Part shown: one piece after another, positions 61,778 through 64,000 of the stretch
Numbering within the stretch: position 1 is the stretch's first letter
Layout of the letters: each line of letters opens with the position of its first letter
From: Rickettsiales bacterium
GTDB lineage: Bacteria; Pseudomonadota; Alphaproteobacteria; Rickettsiales; JALZUV01
NCBI GenBank assembly: GCA_029252805.1
Contig: JAQXAR010000014.1
Coordinates: 4,198-68,197, forward strand
Reading direction: 5' to 3'
DNA: 64,000 bases
The notes under the pieces: model-generated
Database searches by the model: none
What the model was told of the DNA's origin: nothing
Seen by the model: only the letters and a program-made list of their open reading frames with translations
Position numbers and translations under genes: made by a program

Positions 61778-62182
61778 TTGATTGAAGGTATCAGTCACAT
61801 TACTCTTGTAGTCAGCGATCTCGAAAAGATGAAAAAATTCTTAGTCAATATTTTCGATGCTGAGGAAGTTTATAATAGTGGCACTAAGACCTTCTCCTTT
61901 TCTAAAGAAAAATTCTTTCTTGTAGGTGAGCAATGGATAGCCATTATGGAGGGAGAACCTCCACAAAAAAGAAGTTACGAACATATTGCCTTTAAAATCT
62001 CAAAAGCTGATTTTGAATTATACGAAAAACGAGTCTATAAACATGCTTCGGAAGTAAAAACACCAAGAGAACGTATGGAAGGTGAAGGAGATTCACTTTA
62101 TTTTTATGACGACAGCAACCATCTGTTCGAGCTGCACACGGGAACACTAAAAGAAAGATTAAAAAGATATAATGTCAGATAA
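61778..62182 (+). CDS. fosX: FosX/FosB-like fosfomycin-resistance metalloenzyme (VOC/glyoxalase superfamily)
   Basis: TTG start 7 nt after AGGAGA. 'GISHITLVVSDL', 'FSKEKFFL', 'YEHIAF' and 'SLYFYDDSNHLFELHTGTLKERLKRY' track FosX as I recall it from Listeria and Mesorhizobium. Confidence 0.78.
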   Translation: MIEGISHITLVVSDLEKMKKFLVNIFDAEEVYNSGTKTFSFSKEKFFLVGEQWIAIMEGEPPQKRSYEHIAFKISKADFELYEKRVYKHASEVKTPRERMEGEGDSLYFYDDSNHLFELHTGTLKERLKRYNVR

Positions 62183-62864
62183 CCTTAATCACCTAGAAGA
62201 TATTTATAATTCCATCAAAAATGGACTTACCCCTATCCACCCTGAAGGCAAACGCTTCGCGCTTTACGCAGCGGTTGGTGGCTTAGCGCTGAGTTGGTTC
62301 ATTTGGGATGCATTTGCATGGATCGGCGTCGTACTCGCAGTTTACTGCCTGTATTTCTTCCGTGACCCTGAGCGTTTTGTCCCAGAAGGCGAGAATATCG
62401 TTGTCAGCCCAGGCGATGGGCTTGTGCAGATGGTGGTTGAAGGCGTCACGCCTCCTACAGAACTAGAGCTTGGCGATGAGCCACATACACGCATCAGTAT
62501 TTTTCTCAACGTATTTGACGTGCATATTAACCGAGTGCCCATTGCCGGTAAAATTATTGCGGCTGAATATATCAAAGGCTCGTTCCTGAATGCGGAACTT
62601 GATAAAGCTAGCGAAGAAAATGAACGCCAGATGCTGACCGTTGAGAATGCCAAATGCAAAGTCGGTTTCGTGCAGATTGCCGGTTTCGTTGCTCGCCGTA
62701 TCCTTTGTGACATCAAATTAGGCGATGAAGTTGAGACAGGCCAACGCTTCGGTTTGATCCGTTTTGGTAGCCGTGTGGATGTATTTCTGCCCAAAGGCGC
62801 GAAGATTAAAGTGCGCGAAGGCCAACGCAGTATCGGCGCTGAAACTGTTCTAGCGGAACTCTAA
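62172..62864 (+). CDS. psd: Phosphatidylserine decarboxylase proenzyme (short alpha-type)
   Basis: 'LTPIHPEGKRF' N-terminus, and 'FGSRVDVFLP' containing the Gly-Ser self-processing site. Confidence 0.9.
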   Translation: MSDNLNHLEDIYNSIKNGLTPIHPEGKRFALYAAVGGLALSWFIWDAFAWIGVVLAVYCLYFFRDPERFVPEGENIVVSPGDGLVQMVVEGVTPPTELELGDEPHTRISIFLNVFDVHINRVPIAGKIIAAEYIKGSFLNAELDKASEENERQMLTVENAKCKVGFVQIAGFVARRILCDIKLGDEVETGQRFGLIRFGSRVDVFLPKGAKIKVREGQRSIGAETVLAEL

Positions 62865-62865
62865 A

Positions 62866-63237
62866 ATGAGCTTACAACTTGCTAGCATTGGTGGAGCTTA
62901 CCTTGTGCTGGTATTGGTTGGACAAATTTATTTCAAGAAATCCGCAGAATCGCTTATCACGGATTCGGCGACGGGTTTTGCTCAATCTCTCTTCCTTAAT
63001 TGGCAGCTTTGGGTGGCGGGAGTCGCGTATTTCACGGCAATGCTCACCTGGGTTTGGCTGCTCAAACATGTCGACCTGAGCCGTATCTTCCCGATCATGT
63101 CAGCGCTCTTGCTGCTCACAATTCCTTTGGTTAGCGCCTATTTCCTGCAAGAGTCGCTCTCAATGCGCTATTGGCTGGGCGTTATCTTTATGCTGATAGG
63201 CATCCTGTTAATCGCAACTGAGATTAAATCCGCATGA
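62866..63237 (+). CDS. Small 4-TM EamA-like (DMT superfamily; ArnE/ArnF-like) membrane protein
   Basis: 123 aa with four hydrophobic segments. ATGA overlap with the downstream GT2 gene. Confidence 0.6.
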   Translation: MSLQLASIGGAYLVLVLVGQIYFKKSAESLITDSATGFAQSLFLNWQLWVAGVAYFTAMLTWVWLLKHVDLSRIFPIMSALLLLTIPLVSAYFLQESLSMRYWLGVIFMLIGILLIATEIKSA

Positions 63238-64000
63238 AGGTCGCAGCCATACTCCCCTGCTATAAAGTAGTGGATCATATCCTACCATTGCTCGCAAAAT
63301 TTGGTGATGAAGTAGAGCATATTATTGTGGTCGATGATGCTTGCCCGCAAAAATCAGGCGAGAAGGTCAAAGATGAATGTAGCGATCCACGCGTGACCGT
63401 GCTCTTTCACGAAGAGAATCGCGGTGTTGGTGCTGCCGTCAAAACAGGCTACGCGCTCGCACTAGAGCTCGAGGCCGATATCCTCGTCAAAGTCGATGGT
63501 GATGGCCAAATGGAACCGGCACTCATTCCCGAGCTCATCACCCCCATCACACGTGGCGAGGCCGATTATGCCAAAGGAAACCGCTTCTATCAGCCGGAAG
63601 GGCTAGAGAATATGCCGTTGAAACGCCTGCTCGGCAATGCGGCATATTCCTTCCTATCCAAACTTTCTACCGGTTATTGGCAGGTCTTTGACCCCGCTAA
63701 TGGCTTCACCGCCCTGCATGCGAAGATTGCCTCTCGCTTACCCTTACCTAAAATAGCCGATCGTTATTTCTTTGAAACGGACATGCTATTTCGCCTCAAT
63801 ACCTTGCACGCTGTCGTTTCTGATGTGCCGATGAAAGCTTTTTACGGTGAGGAAACTAGTAATCTGCATATTCGTGAAATCGCAGGTGAATTCCTCCGCA
63901 AGAGCCTCCGCAACAGCTGGCGCCGTATCGCCTATAACTACTTTATTCGCGGCTTTTCTATCGCCTCGCTTGAGCTTGTATTTGGCTTTATTTTGCTGAT
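63234..64000 (+). CDS. Family 2 glycosyltransferase (polyprenyl-phosphate sugar transferase-like), 3' end truncated by window edge
   Basis: Translated by hand; not in the ORF track because no stop lies inside the window. Reads 'MKVAAILPCYKVVDHI...IIVVDDACP...NRGVGAAVKTGY...VKVDGDGQM'. Open through 64000. Confidence 0.8.
   Translation, partial: MKVAAILPCYKVVDHILPLLAKFGDEVEHIIVVDDACPQKSGEKVKDECSDPRVTVLFHEENRGVGAAVKTGYALALELEADILVKVDGDGQMEPALIPELITPITRGEADYAKGNRFYQPEGLENMPLKRLLGNAAYSFLSKLSTGYWQVFDPANGFTALHAKIASRLPLPKIADRYFFETDMLFRLNTLHAVVSDVPMKAFYGEETSNLHIREIAGEFLRKSLRNSWRRIAYNYFIRGFSIASLELVFGFILL

Noticed and set aside
1-64000. CRISPR arrays, rRNA genes, IS elements/transposases, prophage or defence-island content
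   Set aside because: The track ORFs include no transposase, integrase, Cas, restriction or toxin-antitoxin-like proteins. No intergenic gap exceeds ~150 nt, which leaves no room for arrays or structured RNA genes other than the tRNA.

Overview
This 64 kb window looks like tightly packed core chromosome of an alphaproteobacterium. That assignment is an inference from synteny: PopZ(DUF2497)-TolC-Pcm, rlpA-dacC-tmk-holB-metG-tatD, glyQS-ppdK, an ISC operon with two tandem cysteine desulfurases, and a ~480 aa Icd. I can support about 62 protein genes and one tRNA-Cys(GCA).

Main gene content:
- znuCB/znuA-like, acnA, and a complete PHB locus (phaR, a class III-type phaC with a small overlapping partner ORF, phaA, phaB)
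- serA-serC directly downstream of a System II cytochrome c biogenesis pair (ccsB/ccsA)
- glyQ-panD-glyS-ppdK, ilvD, popZ-tolC-pcm, and a triple-SPOR protein
- a nine-gene cysE-iscR-nifS-iscS-iscU-iscA-hscB-hscA-fdx string
- dgkA/lplT-like/TetR, anmK/tyrS, phhA, a cell-wall/replication operon, alaS, icd, fosX-like, psd, and the start of a small-permease + GT2 locus

I see no rRNA, CRISPR array, transposase, integrase or prophage, and no intergenic gap over ~150 nt. I do not see a convincing novel multi-gene system such as a defence island or toxin-antitoxin pair.

The leads most worth a second look:
1. The out-of-frame overlapping mini PhaE/PhaR-like ORF plus class III-like PhaC.
2. System II CcsBA in an alpha-like genome, apparently co-transcribed with serCA.
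3. Scattered host-interaction-like orphans: a secreted proline-rich ankyrin protein, a Sel1-repeat protein and an atypical M48-like protease.
4. A FosX-like gene wedged between icd and psd.
5. Several small regulatory or structural DNA motifs.

All protein calls rest on motif and family recognition by eye. No searches were run.
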